Source of the DNA: Bacillota bacterium
GTDB lineage: Bacteria; Bacillota; Sulfobacillia; JAUYEG01
NCBI GenBank assembly: GCA_040766985.1
Contig: JAXGPL010000011.1
Coordinates: forward strand, 24,095-88,094
DNA length: 64,000 nt
Direction of reading: 5' to 3'
Shown: piece by piece, positions 9,993 to 19,846 of the stretch
How the letters are laid out: every line of letters starts with the position of its first letter
Position numbering within the stretch: position 1 is the stretch's first letter
The notes under the pieces: model-generated
Seen by the model: the letters and a program-made list of their open reading frames with translations, nothing else
What the model was told of the DNA's origin: nothing
Databases searched by the model: none
Translations under genes and position numbers: made by a program

Positions 9993-10652
9993 ATGCGGCG
10001 CAGGTCTTCCGACGGGGCTGCGTCCCATGGAGAGCAAGTGCCCACACGCAGGTTGTTGCTGTTCTTTCTAGTCGCTGCGCTGGCCGTTGGCGCACCTGGA
10101 TGCCGGGGCACACCGGACCGCCGGACCAACGTCGTCGCCGCCGGCGGAGGGGCGGTTGAGCCTGGCACTTCGTCCCAGGGAGAAGGTCCGGGAGAGCAGC
10201 CGCTGATCGTCGAGCCCGAGCCGTCACCGCTGTACGTGTATGTCAGCGGAGCCGTCGCACATCCGGGAGTGTACCAACTGCCGCCCGGCGCCCGCGGCTG
10301 CGACGCGCTTGCAGCCGCAGGCGGGTCAGCCAAGGATGCCCGGCTTGAGCTGGTCAACCTTGCGGCGCCGTTGTCGGACGGTCAACAACTGCATATCCCT
10401 TCGCGGGCAGAGGCTGCGGCGTCAACGCAGCCGGGTGTGGATACGGTGGCACGCGGCCCCCTTAACGTCAACCGGGCGACTGCCGGGCAGTTGGTGGAGT
10501 TGCCGGGCATCGGCGTCGTACTTGCGGGGCGGATCATCGCTTACCGGGCCGAGCACGGCCCGTTCGCCAACGCCGACGAGTTGCTGGCCGTGCCAGGCAT
10601 CGGAGAGAGCAGGCTCAAGGACATCAGGCCGCTGATATCCTTCGGGCCCTAG
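9993..10652 (+). CDS. comEA: competence DNA-binding protein ComEA
   Basis: N-terminal TM, VYVSGAVAHPGVY SLBB domain, helix-hairpin-helix LPGIG...VPGIG. Confidence 0.9.
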   Translation: MRRRSSDGAASHGEQVPTRRLLLFFLVAALAVGAPGCRGTPDRRTNVVAAGGGAVEPGTSSQGEGPGEQPLIVEPEPSPLYVYVSGAVAHPGVYQLPPGARGCDALAAAGGSAKDARLELVNLAAPLSDGQQLHIPSRAEAAASTQPGVDTVARGPLNVNRATAGQLVELPGIGVVLAGRIIAYRAEHGPFANADELLAVPGIGESRLKDIRPLISFGP

Positions 10653-10683
10653 GCCGGAGCCGCGTCGGGGGCGGCCCGCTGCT

Positions 10684-11904
10684 TTAGACGCTCAGCGCAA
10701 ACAACACTCCCGAGGTCGCCGCCACCGCCAGGAGGAACGGCCAGTAGACCCGGTAGATCGCAAGGATCCGGCACCTGAAGTGCTCAAGCGTCAGGACCTG
10801 GCACATGTGTAATGGGGACCCGAAGTAGGCCAGAAAGGTCGCGGTGAACATCAGGGATGTGTATGGCACAATTGGGTCCCCCGCCTTGAGCATGGGCATG
10901 AGCAGGGGGAAACATATCGCAACGCTCGTCGACTGCGAGGCCGACACCAAGCCGACCAGCACCGGCACGATGATGAAGAAGACGGCGGGATGCCAGCCGT
11001 TTCCCGCAAGAGCGAGCACAATACGTTCAACGGTGCCGCCGGCCTGCATCAGCCCGCGGAAGACCATTACGCCGACCATCGCCGCTACGAGCTTGCGGTC
11101 AATGCCCCTGTAGAAGATGGCCGGCTCAAGCCTGCCGTGTCTATAGCCGAGCGCTGTCGCAAGAGCAATGCCCCCCAGGAGAGACAGGTAAAGCGGCCAG
11201 TTCAGCACCAAAGCGAGAGCCAAGCTCAGCAGCAACGGCCCACCGGTCAACAAGAACCGTGGCAGATCCCGCCAGGGGTTCCAGGTCTCGGCCTGTGCGG
11301 TTTCACGCGGGCCGTCCCGCAACAGCAGCAGGTATCCTGCCACCCCGCCGACGAGGGTGATCGGCCACTGGTAGGCAGCGATCCTTTGAATTGACACGTT
11401 GGTCAGTTGGGATGCAAGAATCAGGCTCGGGCCGAACGGATAGATGAAGAACCATATATGTCTAAAGACCAGGTTGATGGCTGCCTTGCGTTCGCGGGTG
11501 TAGTCCAAGCGTTCGGCAAGCCGGTCGACGAGCGGCGCCGATATGACCGCGCCGCCGAGCACGGGCATCAGTCCGATCAGCCCGGGTATCGCGACCAGCG
11601 CCGCGCGCGTGCTGCGCAGCAGCCTGACCAGCGCGTCCACCATTTGACCGAGCAGGTCGAACTCCTGCATGAGCCGCGCGAGCAAGCCGATCAGGGCTAC
11701 GGTCAGGGCAAACTCGATGGTCTGCCACGCTACCGCCGACTGCCACGCGACCTGCGCCGCACGCACTGGGCCGACCCTGGAAGTCAGGCCGAGGGCAAGT
11801 GACGCAGCCGCCATCGCGTACATCAGGTGGACCTTGCGGTTGACCAGATAGAGGATCAGTCCAAATGCCACTATGACGCCTGCGATTTCGAGCAATAAGG
11901 TCAC
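10684..11904 (-). CDS. DUF401-family integral membrane protein
   Basis: multiple TM helices; PGLIGLMPVLGGA, N..FRH, SPLHMC motifs. Confidence 0.75.
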   Translation of the reverse strand: MTLLLEIAGVIVAFGLILYLVNRKVHLMYAMAAASLALGLTSRVGPVRAAQVAWQSAVAWQTIEFALTVALIGLLARLMQEFDLLGQMVDALVRLLRSTRAALVAIPGLIGLMPVLGGAVISAPLVDRLAERLDYTRERKAAINLVFRHIWFFIYPFGPSLILASQLTNVSIQRIAAYQWPITLVGGVAGYLLLLRDGPRETAQAETWNPWRDLPRFLLTGGPLLLSLALALVLNWPLYLSLLGGIALATALGYRHGRLEPAIFYRGIDRKLVAAMVGVMVFRGLMQAGGTVERIVLALAGNGWHPAVFFIIVPVLVGLVSASQSTSVAICFPLLMPMLKAGDPIVPYTSLMFTATFLAYFGSPLHMCQVLTLEHFRCRILAIYRVYWPFLLAVAATSGVLFALSV

Positions 11905-11984
11905 CTGATTGCGAAGAGAGTGAGCAGCAATACGGCGAGGAGTTGGACGGCGGCAGTAAAATTCCTGCTAGGTGTGTTGCATGC

Positions 11985-12572
11985 CTAGGTAATCTCTCGG
12001 CGGCCGCGGATGAAGCCGCGCAGTTCGGACCAGTGCTTGGCAATCACCGCGACGGCCAGGCCCAGGCCCACAAGGCCATGCAGCGGACTACCGCCGCCGA
12101 TCACGTACATCGCAACCGGGAGCGCCGTGAACCCCAGCACCACAGACGCGTAGCTGTCCTTCAGTAAGGCCAGGCCGACAACGTACGCCACGACGGCGGG
12201 AGCGATCGCCCACGGCATGAGCACGCTGAGGGCGCCGGCCGACGCTCCGATGCCTTTTCCGCCCCTCAACCCGAGCCACGGCATCCAATTGTGGCCCACG
12301 ACAGCGGCAACTGCTGCCGCGCCCATGACCGCCGGGTCGCCCATGTACAGCCGCCCGGCGAGCCAGACAGCCAGAGCGCCTTTACCGAGGTCGGTCAGGC
12401 CGGTTAGGACGCCGGCTGCGGCGCCGACGTTGCGGAACGCATTCATTCCTCCAACGTTACCGCTGCCGACCACGCGGATGTCCTTACCTCCGCCGAGCAG
12501 GCGGGTGTAGAGGTATGCGGACGGAAAGGAGCCGATCAAGTACGCCAGACCTAGATAGCACGCAGGATGCAC
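11985..12572 (-). CDS. plsY: glycerol-3-phosphate acyltransferase PlsY
   Basis: YLIGSFP, DIRVVGSGNVG, GHNW...GGKG motifs; GGAGGTGA RBS. Confidence 0.9.
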   Translation of the reverse strand: MHPACYLGLAYLIGSFPSAYLYTRLLGGGKDIRVVGSGNVGGMNAFRNVGAAAGVLTGLTDLGKGALAVWLAGRLYMGDPAVMGAAAVAAVVGHNWMPWLGLRGGKGIGASAGALSVLMPWAIAPAVVAYVVGLALLKDSYASVVLGFTALPVAMYVIGGGSPLHGLVGLGLAVAVIAKHWSELRGFIRGRREIT

Positions 12573-15150
12573 GATTGGTCACCTCCCCGGGACCTGATTC
12601 CAGTCCGGCCAGGCAGCGCCTTCCCGGCCTCGTCGTCGGGGCAGGGTTGGCGATAGGCGCCCTGAGCGCTGAAGCGGCATGTGCCCCGCTGTGGTCGAAC
12701 CGGCCTTGCCCGGTTGTCACCCCTTGGTTACGATATGCTGTTAGCGGCGTCGCAGTATGCCTGGTGTGGTTCCGGGTCCGCCCACGAAGCGCAAACGTCC
12801 GTTACACACCGGTGGCCGCGGCCGCCGCCGCGGCCCTCTGCGGCCTGGTCCTTGCCCTCGGGACGGCAGAGGCCATCTCGGCATCGCCGTACCGCGCCCT
12901 TGCGCTGGCCGGCGATCGTGAAGCCCGCGTCGACTGCTGGGTAACGGGCGCCGCGCGGCGCGTGGGCGATAGGTGGCTGATTCCGATCCAGGCGGTCGGC
13001 CTAGACGGAGCGCCGGCAGCCGGGCGCCTTGAGGCGGCGATCCCACGTGAGGTGGCGCAGGCGGGCCCGCCGCAGCCGGGCGCCCCCTTGACCCTTCAAG
13101 GCCGGCTGTACTTGCCCGGAGAGCAACTCAATCCGTACGAATCCGACTATCGCCGGGACCTTGCGCGCGAGGGCGTGTGCGCGCGGTGCGACGTCCGTGC
13201 GCTAACGCAGCGATCTGTTGGCCCGGCCACACGGCTGTGGCAACTCGTCCGCCTTCTCCCGGCACGCCTCGCGGGATGGTGCTCGCTCCGGCTCGGCCGC
13301 CTTGTCGAGGCCCATCTTCATGGTGACGAACAGGCCCTGGCGCTGGCGTTTTTGCTTGGCGACCGCACGCAGCTGCGGGAAGCGCCGCTCCAGTCCGACC
13401 TTGAGGCGGCCGGCGGCCTGCACCTCGCGGCGGTCAGCGGGCTTCACGTCGGACTCGTTGCGGGGGCGGTCGCGGCGGCTGCATCGCTCTTGCGGATGCC
13501 GAGGGGCACACGCACCGCAGCCGTTCTGGGCACTGCGTCCTTGTACGCGCTCGTCTCTGGAGCAACGCCCTCGGTCCTGCGGGCCCTGGTGATGGTCGGA
13601 TGCGTGACCTTGTGCCCCAGAAGGCGCCGGGCGGTGGGCCTCAATAGCCTTGGCTGCGCCGCGCTATTGCTGATTGTTCGCAGGCCGCTGATCGCCGGGG
13701 ACGCGGGGTTTCAATTGTCGTTTATGGCAACGCTCGGTATCCTTGCGGCAGCCGCGGGTCCTGTCGCCAAAACGGGCCCGGCTTCCGCGGGTGCCGGGGT
13801 GCGCAAGTTGCGGGGTGTCCTCACGGCTGCGCGGGCGAGCCTGTATGCACAACTTGCGACGATGCCCGTGATGAGCCACTGCTTCTATCGCCTTGCTCCC
13901 TGGGCGCCCATCAACAACCTGGTGCTGCTGCCGCTCGGCGGGGCCTGCATCACGATCACCTTTGCTGCGGCCTGCCTCGGGCTGATCTGGCAGCCGCTGT
14001 TCGGCGTATTCGCCCCCTTGCTCGCCGCTGCGTTACGGATCCTCGCCGCGACCGCTCACTATATGGGGAGGTTCCCCGGGAGCATGTACGTCACAGGGCA
14101 TCCCGGCATTCCAGCATGCGCTCTCAGCGCAGGATTGATGCTTTGGTACCTGCTGTCGGCGGGCGTAACCGGCGGTACGGTGCAGCCGCGCTGGAAACCG
14201 GCAGCCGCCGTTGCGGCGTCGATCTTACTTGTTGTGGTCTATCCGGCGGTCGTGCACCGTCCTCCTGGTGGGCTCGCCGTGTCGTTCTTCGCCGTGGGGA
14301 GACTGCGCGCTGGTGAGGACGGGTCGGACGGCGTCCTCGTCGACTTCGGTCCCCCCGGCGCCGGAGGCGCGCCGGGCCTGGTCGCGCTTTTCCCGCAGCG
14401 TGCTGCCTTACTCCGCGCGACCAGGTGCTTTCCGCAGTTGGCGGTACCTGCTACACACCCTCACGCTGGGATCATCCCGGCGGGCTCGCGGACGCCATGC
14501 GGGCGTACCCGGGCATGCGGGTCGTGACCCGCACAAGGTTCCTCGCGGAGACCGTCACCTCGGCGGAGGGCCTGGAGCCTTCGCCGCTCCCGGCCGCGCG
14601 GATCGTCGCCCTCGACAGGCCCGTCGCCGTCACGCTTCCGGCGGCGGCCGGCGCCGCCGACCGTGGCTCGCCGGGTGGGGCAGGGGCCGCCCAATGCCTT
14701 TTGCGGCTCGAGCTATTCTGGGCGGAGGGTCTTTCCGATGAACTCGACGCCAATGAGCACTGCATCCTGTGTCGGACATATCTCGTCTCCGCCGGTGACA
14801 ACCAACCAATCTCGCAGACGCTATCCGCGCTGTTGGCAGCCGACGCGGGTCTGGAGGCCGAAGCGGCGCTGCTCGCGGCGTCGCCGGGGGTAGCCCTCAA
14901 GGCCGCCTTGCTAAAGGCGGGTCATCACGGGAGCAGCGGATCGAGCGGCGCCGGCTTCCTGGAGCGGGTCGCACCGCTGCTGGCGGTGGTCAGTGTGGGA
15001 CCCAACCGATTCGGGCATCCCGGCCACGATGCCCTCGCACGGCTGCACAGCGGCGGCCGTATTGTCCTCCGCACCGACAGCGATGGCTGGGTCGAGGTCC
15101 GCCTCGGCGGGGCGGAGCTCACATGGCGGGCATTTCACGGGCGTCCGTAG
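12515..15150 (+). CDS. comEC: DNA internalization competence protein ComEC/Rec2 (frameshifted ~14290-14520; start uncertain)
   Basis: HLAAVSGLHV competence domain, GFQLSF; metallo-beta-lactamase-like THPH/WDH and KAGHHGS, VSVGPNRFGHP, RTDSDG split across frames. Confidence 0.85.
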
Positions 15151-15196
15151 GGACAAGCACCGGATCGGGCGAAGAACAACTGCGGAGGTGGGCACA

Positions 15197-16306
15197 GTGG
15201 CCAAGCCCAGGTACTTGAGCTATAAGGGAGCGCGATCGGCCATTGACGCCGGCCGCCTTCACCGGCTGTACGTGATGTGGGGCGACCCGTACCTCGTCGG
15301 CAAGCTGGTGGACATGCTCCGGGCACGGCTCATCTCCCCCGGCGCTGAGGACTTCGATTTCGCGCGTCTTGACGCCGCCGCGACGGCTCCGCTCGAGGTC
15401 ATGGCGGCCGTGCGCGCGGCCCCCTTTGTCTCACCACGGCGGTTGGTGGTCCTTGAGAGGGTCAGGTGCCTCAAGGGGCGTACGCGGGCGCAGCCAACAC
15501 CCGAGGACGAACAGGCGGACGAGGGGCAACCCGCCCCGGGCGGCGATTCCGACTGGGAGCTTGCCCTTGCCGACCCGCCGTCGACGACGTGCCTGGTGGC
15601 TGTCACCGAGGGACAGCCCGACGCCCGGCTGCGCCTGACCAAGGCGCTCGAGCCGCGAAGCCAGTTCGTCGAGTGCCAGGCGACGGGCCGGGACGCACAG
15701 GCGCTCGCGGCGGACATCGTGCGCGAGACGGTCAACCAGTTGGGCATGCGTATGGACTGGCGCGCGCAGAACCTGCTGGTTTCCACGGTCGGCACGGATT
15801 GCGGGCAACTGGTGAGGGAGTTGGAGAAGATCAGGTTATGGGCCCGTGGACGCCAGGTTGGCGAGCGCGACGTGTTGTTGTTGTGTCCCCGCACGGCGCA
15901 GGCGGACATCTGGCAGTTGCTTGATGCGGTGGAGGCCGGGGACGCGGGCGAGGCCCACCGGGTCGTGCGCGCATCGCTTGCGCGCGGGGAGAGTCCCGTG
16001 GCGCTGGTTGCTTCGCTTGCCAGCCAGATCCGGATCATGGCCAGGGCCAAGGAACGGGCTGATTCGGGGGTGCCGCCGCGGGCACTGCCGGGGGTTCTCG
16101 GGGCAAACAAGTTCTGGGTGGAGCAGTCGCTCCGGCGGGCGCGCCTGTTCTCGCAGGCCGCGTTGTACAAATCGCTGCGTGAGCTCGCGCGTATCGATCT
16201 GGGGATTAAGACAGGGTCGCTTGACCCGGAAACCGCAGTCGAGGCATTCGTCCTCGCCCTCTGTGTCGCCAGGGGCGCGGGGCAAAGCAAAAGGGCCCGG
16301 GATTGA
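15197..16306 (+). CDS. holA: DNA polymerase III delta subunit
   Basis: GGAGGTG-GTG start; PF..RRLV, ELEKI, DLGIKTG motifs; synteny comEC-holA-rpsT. Confidence 0.85.
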   Translation: MAKPRYLSYKGARSAIDAGRLHRLYVMWGDPYLVGKLVDMLRARLISPGAEDFDFARLDAAATAPLEVMAAVRAAPFVSPRRLVVLERVRCLKGRTRAQPTPEDEQADEGQPAPGGDSDWELALADPPSTTCLVAVTEGQPDARLRLTKALEPRSQFVECQATGRDAQALAADIVRETVNQLGMRMDWRAQNLLVSTVGTDCGQLVRELEKIRLWARGRQVGERDVLLLCPRTAQADIWQLLDAVEAGDAGEAHRVVRASLARGESPVALVASLASQIRIMARAKERADSGVPPRALPGVLGANKFWVEQSLRRARLFSQAALYKSLRELARIDLGIKTGSLDPETAVEAFVLALCVARGAGQSKRARD

Positions 16307-16315
16307 CCCGGGCCC
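16289..16315 (-). terminator. intrinsic terminator for rpsT (possibly bidirectional)
   Basis: GGGCCCGGG-N5-CCCGGGCCC hairpin followed by a T-run on the minus strand. Confidence 0.65.
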
Positions 16316-16334
16316 ACGTTAGCGGCAGACCTAC

Positions 16335-16625
16335 CTACGCCTGAGGCGCCTCGTTGTTAACCGCCTGTTTGGAAGCCAAAAGCTTTGCCAGCCTCGACTT
16401 GCGGCGGGATGCGGTGTTGCGGTGCAGGACGCCCTTGCTGACTGCCTTGTCCAGCAACCGGGATGCGCTGCGGAGGTGCTCAGCCGCGGCTGCCAGATCG
16501 TCTGCCTCGCAAGCCGTACGGACCTCACGGACAGCGCCCTTGACTGTGGATTTGATCTGAAGGTTGCGTGCCTGGCGGATCCGGTCCTTCTTGGCTGACT
16601 TGATGGCAGACTTGATGTTGGCCAC
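16335..16625 (-). CDS. rpsT: 30S ribosomal protein S20
   Basis: (M)ANIKSAIK...LDKAVSKGVLHRNTASRRKSRL. Confidence 0.95.
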   Translation of the reverse strand: MANIKSAIKSAKKDRIRQARNLQIKSTVKGAVREVRTACEADDLAAAAEHLRSASRLLDKAVSKGVLHRNTASRRKSRLAKLLASKQAVNNEAPQA

Positions 16626-16676
16626 TGAAATCCCTCCATAGACATAAAACGGGCCGGTCGGAGGACCGACGGTCAG

Positions 16677-16705
16677 ATAATACCATGCAGGCGCGGTGCG
16701 AGCAA
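16677..16705 (-). promoter_or_regulatory. sigmaA promoter of rpsT
   Basis: minus strand TTGCTC-N17-TATTAT with extended -10 TG. Confidence 0.6.
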
Positions 16706-16739
16706 CACCGCCCGCCACATAGCCCGCCATATCGTTGTT

Positions 16740-16769
16740 GCATAGGCCTTGCCAAGCGTGGAAAGCATA
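16740..16769 (+). promoter_or_regulatory. sigmaF/G-like forespore promoter
   Basis: GCATA-N15-GGAAAGCATA versus consensus GYWTA-N15-GGnnAnAHTR. Confidence 0.45.
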
Positions 16770-16804
16770 TGCGAGCAACTGATTCGCAAAGTGGAGGTTG
16801 GACC

Positions 16805-17140
16805 ATGAGAGGCTGGTTTGGCACGATCATCCGGTTCATCGTTTCTGCGTTGGTGCTTCTGTTTGTGGGCTTTTTAGTCCCCGGGTTCGAGGTCGCAGGG
16901 TTCTGGAACGCCCTTCTCGCCGCCGTGGTCATCGCTATCGTCGGGTATCTCGTGGAGCTGGCCTTGGGGCACCGGGTTTCACCGCAGAGCCGGGGCGTGG
17001 TCGGTTTCATAACGGCGGCCGTCGTCATCTGGTTGGCCCAGTTCGTTGTGCCGGCGATGAGCGTCACTCTGATCGGCGCCCTTCTGGCGTCCTTCATTAT
17101 CGGTCTCGTGGATGCAATTGTCCCAACCGAGTTACGCTAA
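16805..17140 (+). CDS. phage-holin-family (4-TM, YvlD-like) membrane protein
   Basis: four short TM segments, PGFEVAGFWNALLAAVVI motif; GGAGG RBS. Confidence 0.75.
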   Translation: MRGWFGTIIRFIVSALVLLFVGFLVPGFEVAGFWNALLAAVVIAIVGYLVELALGHRVSPQSRGVVGFITAAVVIWLAQFVVPAMSVTLIGALLASFIIGLVDAIVPTELR

Positions 17141-17273
17141 GCACAGCCCGCTTCGGCGGGTGTGAACCTTACTCCCTCCCCCTCTTGTCCCGGCCGGCAA
17201 AACGGCCGGGAACTTTTTTGCTCAACTGGCATAGGCTTGCTACTGTCAGTCCTTCGTTTTCCGGAGGTGCGCC

Positions 17274-18659
17274 TTGGCACAGCTATCTATCGGCGGGCCG
17301 AAGCCGCGGCGGGCGGTGCTGCTTGTTGCCTACGTCGTACTCCTTTCGCTCGCGGCGCTCGCGGTATTGGACATCGGTTCGCTGTTCATGCCGGGCTCGA
17401 TCCCGGCGTCCTCGTCCGGCAGCAGTGGTTCCGACCGGCCGGACGTGGTCGACCCGCGGTCGCCGGCAGCCGGAATCGTCAGGCGTTGGATGGACATCTT
17501 CGGCAGGGACGGCCTGAAGATAATCCTCGAACTGGTGATTCCCGGCCTGCGGCCGGCCGTGCCGGTGCAGGGCCCGGGAGGCATGGTATGGCAGGGCAGG
17601 CAAGGGCCCGACCTGTTTGGCTATGCCCTTCGCACCTTCACATCGATCACCCCGGGCGATCCCGGGTCGCTGCTCGCGGCCCAGATTACGGGCCTGCGCA
17701 CAGTGGCGATGGCGGCGAGGGGCACCGTCGAGATCACACCGGACGCACCCGGCGAGGGCGAGTCTTGGACACCGCCTGCGTCCGGCGAGGGATGGCAGGG
17801 TGACGCCTCCTCCGGGGGCAACTCAACGAGCGGCATACCGGAGATGCCGGCCGGCGGCGGATCGGAGACGGGCGCCGGCGGCTTAGGAATCATCGACTGG
17901 GGTCCGGCAACCGCCCCTGTCGTGGCGGTGTACCACAGCCACGCGATGGAGTCTTATCTGCCATGCGTTAAGATGGTCGGCGCCGGCACAACCGGCAAGA
18001 TGGACGCCGAGGAGGCCTTCTCCGACGACCCGGAGATCACGGTCGTCCGCGCGGGCCAGGAACTGGCGGAGGTCCTGGCCAAGCAGTTCGGGATACCGAC
18101 CATCCATTCGCGGCGGTTTCACGATTCGGGCGGCAGGCTCGGGGCGTACGTTCAGTCTGCCGAAACCGTCGAGCGCTTGCTCAATCAATATCCCTCCCTG
18201 CGCGTATTGATCGACGTGCACCGTGACGCGCCGCGCCGCGAACGCACAACGGCGGTCGTCAACGGGCAGAGCGTGGCGCGCATTCTACTCCTGGTCGGGT
18301 CCGACGTTAAGCTTGCTCACCCCAACTGGGAGAGCAACTACGGCTTTGCGCTGGCCCTCCACCAGGCGATGGAAAACCTCTATCCCGGCCTGTCGCTCGG
18401 GATCATGGTCAAGGAGTCCAGGTACAACCAGCACTACCTGCCGCACGCTATGCTCGTGGAGATGGGCGGTGTGGACAATTCGATGGAGGAGGTGCTGCGG
18501 TCGACGAGGATGTTCGCCACCGCCCTGGTGGCGGTGATGCGTGCTGACCCGACGCTCGTGATTCCCCGTACCGGTGGCGTGACCTGCGGTAGCTGGAAAC
18601 CTCTCCGGCAGGCCCCCTTCCTTGGATATCAATGGCTGCCGGTGCTATGGTGGGCTTGA
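17274..18659 (+). CDS. spoIIP: stage II sporulation protein P (amidase/endopeptidase)
   Basis: N-terminal TM; YHSHAMESY, IDVHRDA, RYNQH...LVEMGG.DN motifs. Confidence 0.9.
   Translation: MAQLSIGGPKPRRAVLLVAYVVLLSLAALAVLDIGSLFMPGSIPASSSGSSGSDRPDVVDPRSPAAGIVRRWMDIFGRDGLKIILELVIPGLRPAVPVQGPGGMVWQGRQGPDLFGYALRTFTSITPGDPGSLLAAQITGLRTVAMAARGTVEITPDAPGEGESWTPPASGEGWQGDASSGGNSTSGIPEMPAGGGSETGAGGLGIIDWGPATAPVVAVYHSHAMESYLPCVKMVGAGTTGKMDAEEAFSDDPEITVVRAGQELAEVLAKQFGIPTIHSRRFHDSGGRLGAYVQSAETVERLLNQYPSLRVLIDVHRDAPRRERTTAVVNGQSVARILLLVGSDVKLAHPNWESNYGFALALHQAMENLYPGLSLGIMVKESRYNQHYLPHAMLVEMGGVDNSMEEVLRSTRMFATALVAVMRADPTLVIPRTGGVTCGSWKPLRQAPFLGYQWLPVLWWA
18622..18651 (+). promoter_or_regulatory. sigmaA-like promoter of the hrcA operon
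   Basis: TTGGAT-N18-TATGGT with extended -10 TG, just upstream of CIRCE. Confidence 0.45.
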
Positions 18660-18686
18660 TTAGCACTCCGCATCCCCGAGTGCCAG
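18660..18686 (+). promoter_or_regulatory. CIRCE element (HrcA operator)
   Basis: TTAGCACTC-cgcatcccc-GAGTGCCAG (consensus TTAGCACTC-N9-GAGTGCTAA) upstream of hrcA. Confidence 0.92.
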
Positions 18687-18748
18687 CCGCGTCGAGCTGA
18701 CCCGGTTGGCTCATCGCCATCACAACGCTCTTCTGTGGAGGGAGATCC

Positions 18749-19780
18749 GTGCCGCTCAACCGGCGGAGGAGCTTGATTCTCAAAGCCGTCGTCGAAGAGC
18801 ACGTTCGCAGCGGGCAGCCCGTCGGCAGCAGCCAGATCGTCAGGCACTATGGCCTTCAGGTCTCGCCTGCGACAGTCCGCAACGAGTTGGTTAAGCTCGA
18901 AGACGACGGATACCTCACCCAACCGCACACCTCTGCGGGCAGGACGCCGTCCGACCTGGGCTATCGCTTTTACGTCGATAACCTCCTTCCGTCGTCCGAG
19001 CCGCTCGCCGCCGATGAGCAACTGTTTCGCGGATATCTCGCCAACTGCGGCCACGACGTCCGCAACGCCGTGCGGTCAACCGCACGGTTTCTGGCGGATG
19101 TGACCTCATACATCGCAGTAGTGCTTGCGCCTGACGTAGGCATGACGCAGATCCGCCAACTGCACATGCTTCCGGTTTCACCGGGGCAGGCCCTGATGGT
19201 TGTCGTCCTCGAGAACGGAGTCGTCCAGCATCGCCTGATGGATCTGCCGAGCGGGCTCGCCCGGTCGGACCTCGAACACCTCTCCCGCGAGTTGCAGACC
19301 GCTCTGGCGGGGTGCACAGCGGATGACCTGCCCGGAGCGGTGGGCCGCCTCTGGCGCTCGAGTCTGGCGCGCTACGGCGACGCGCTGGAGCGGGCGACCG
19401 TCGCGCTGATCGATGTGCTCAAAGCCGGCGGGCCCAATGGCGACAGGTTGTACCTCGGCGGCACATCCAACATACTTAACCTGCCGGAGTTCCGCGATGT
19501 GGAGAGGCTGCGCCGGGTGCTCAGCCTCCTGGAGCGCGAGGCGTCGATGTTCGATCTGCTCGTCGAGCGGGCTGCGGAAGGCGGCGTGACGGTGACGATC
19601 GGTGCGGAGAACCGCGCGGCGGAGATCCAGGCCTGTTCACTGGTCACCACGACCTACGTTCTGCCCGGCGGCGGCAGGGGGATCGTCGGCCTGCTCGGGC
19701 CAACCCGAATGGACTACGGTCGGGTCGTTGCACTGCTGGGGTTGGCTGGCTGCCACCTCGACCAGGTCTTCTTGGAATGA
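18749..19780 (+). CDS. hrcA: heat-inducible transcription repressor HrcA
   Basis: SPATVRNEL..LE..GYLTQPHTSAGR, GPTRMDY. Confidence 0.95.
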   Translation: MPLNRRRSLILKAVVEEHVRSGQPVGSSQIVRHYGLQVSPATVRNELVKLEDDGYLTQPHTSAGRTPSDLGYRFYVDNLLPSSEPLAADEQLFRGYLANCGHDVRNAVRSTARFLADVTSYIAVVLAPDVGMTQIRQLHMLPVSPGQALMVVVLENGVVQHRLMDLPSGLARSDLEHLSRELQTALAGCTADDLPGAVGRLWRSSLARYGDALERATVALIDVLKAGGPNGDRLYLGGTSNILNLPEFRDVERLRRVLSLLEREASMFDLLVERAAEGGVTVTIGAENRAAEIQACSLVTTTYVLPGGGRGIVGLLGPTRMDYGRVVALLGLAGCHLDQVFLE

Positions 19781-19792
19781 CGGCGGCTCCGG

Positions 19793-19819
19793 CGGCCTTC
19801 TCCCGGTGGGAGAAGGCCG
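19793..19819 (+). other. perfect 12-bp hairpin between hrcA and the chaperonin gene (mRNA processing/stabiliser or attenuator)
   Basis: CGGCCTTCTCCC-GGT-GGGAGAAGGCCG. Confidence 0.55.
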
Positions 19820-19846
19820 GCATTGTTTTGTCTAAGGGGTGTGTCA

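Noticed and set aside
16805-17140. Prophage signalled by the holin-family gene
   Set aside because: No endolysin, integrase or structural genes nearby; the family is common on chromosomes
17228-17242. sigma54 promoter TGGCATAGGCTTGC before spoIIP
   Set aside because: GG-to-GC spacing is 9 nt rather than the required 10
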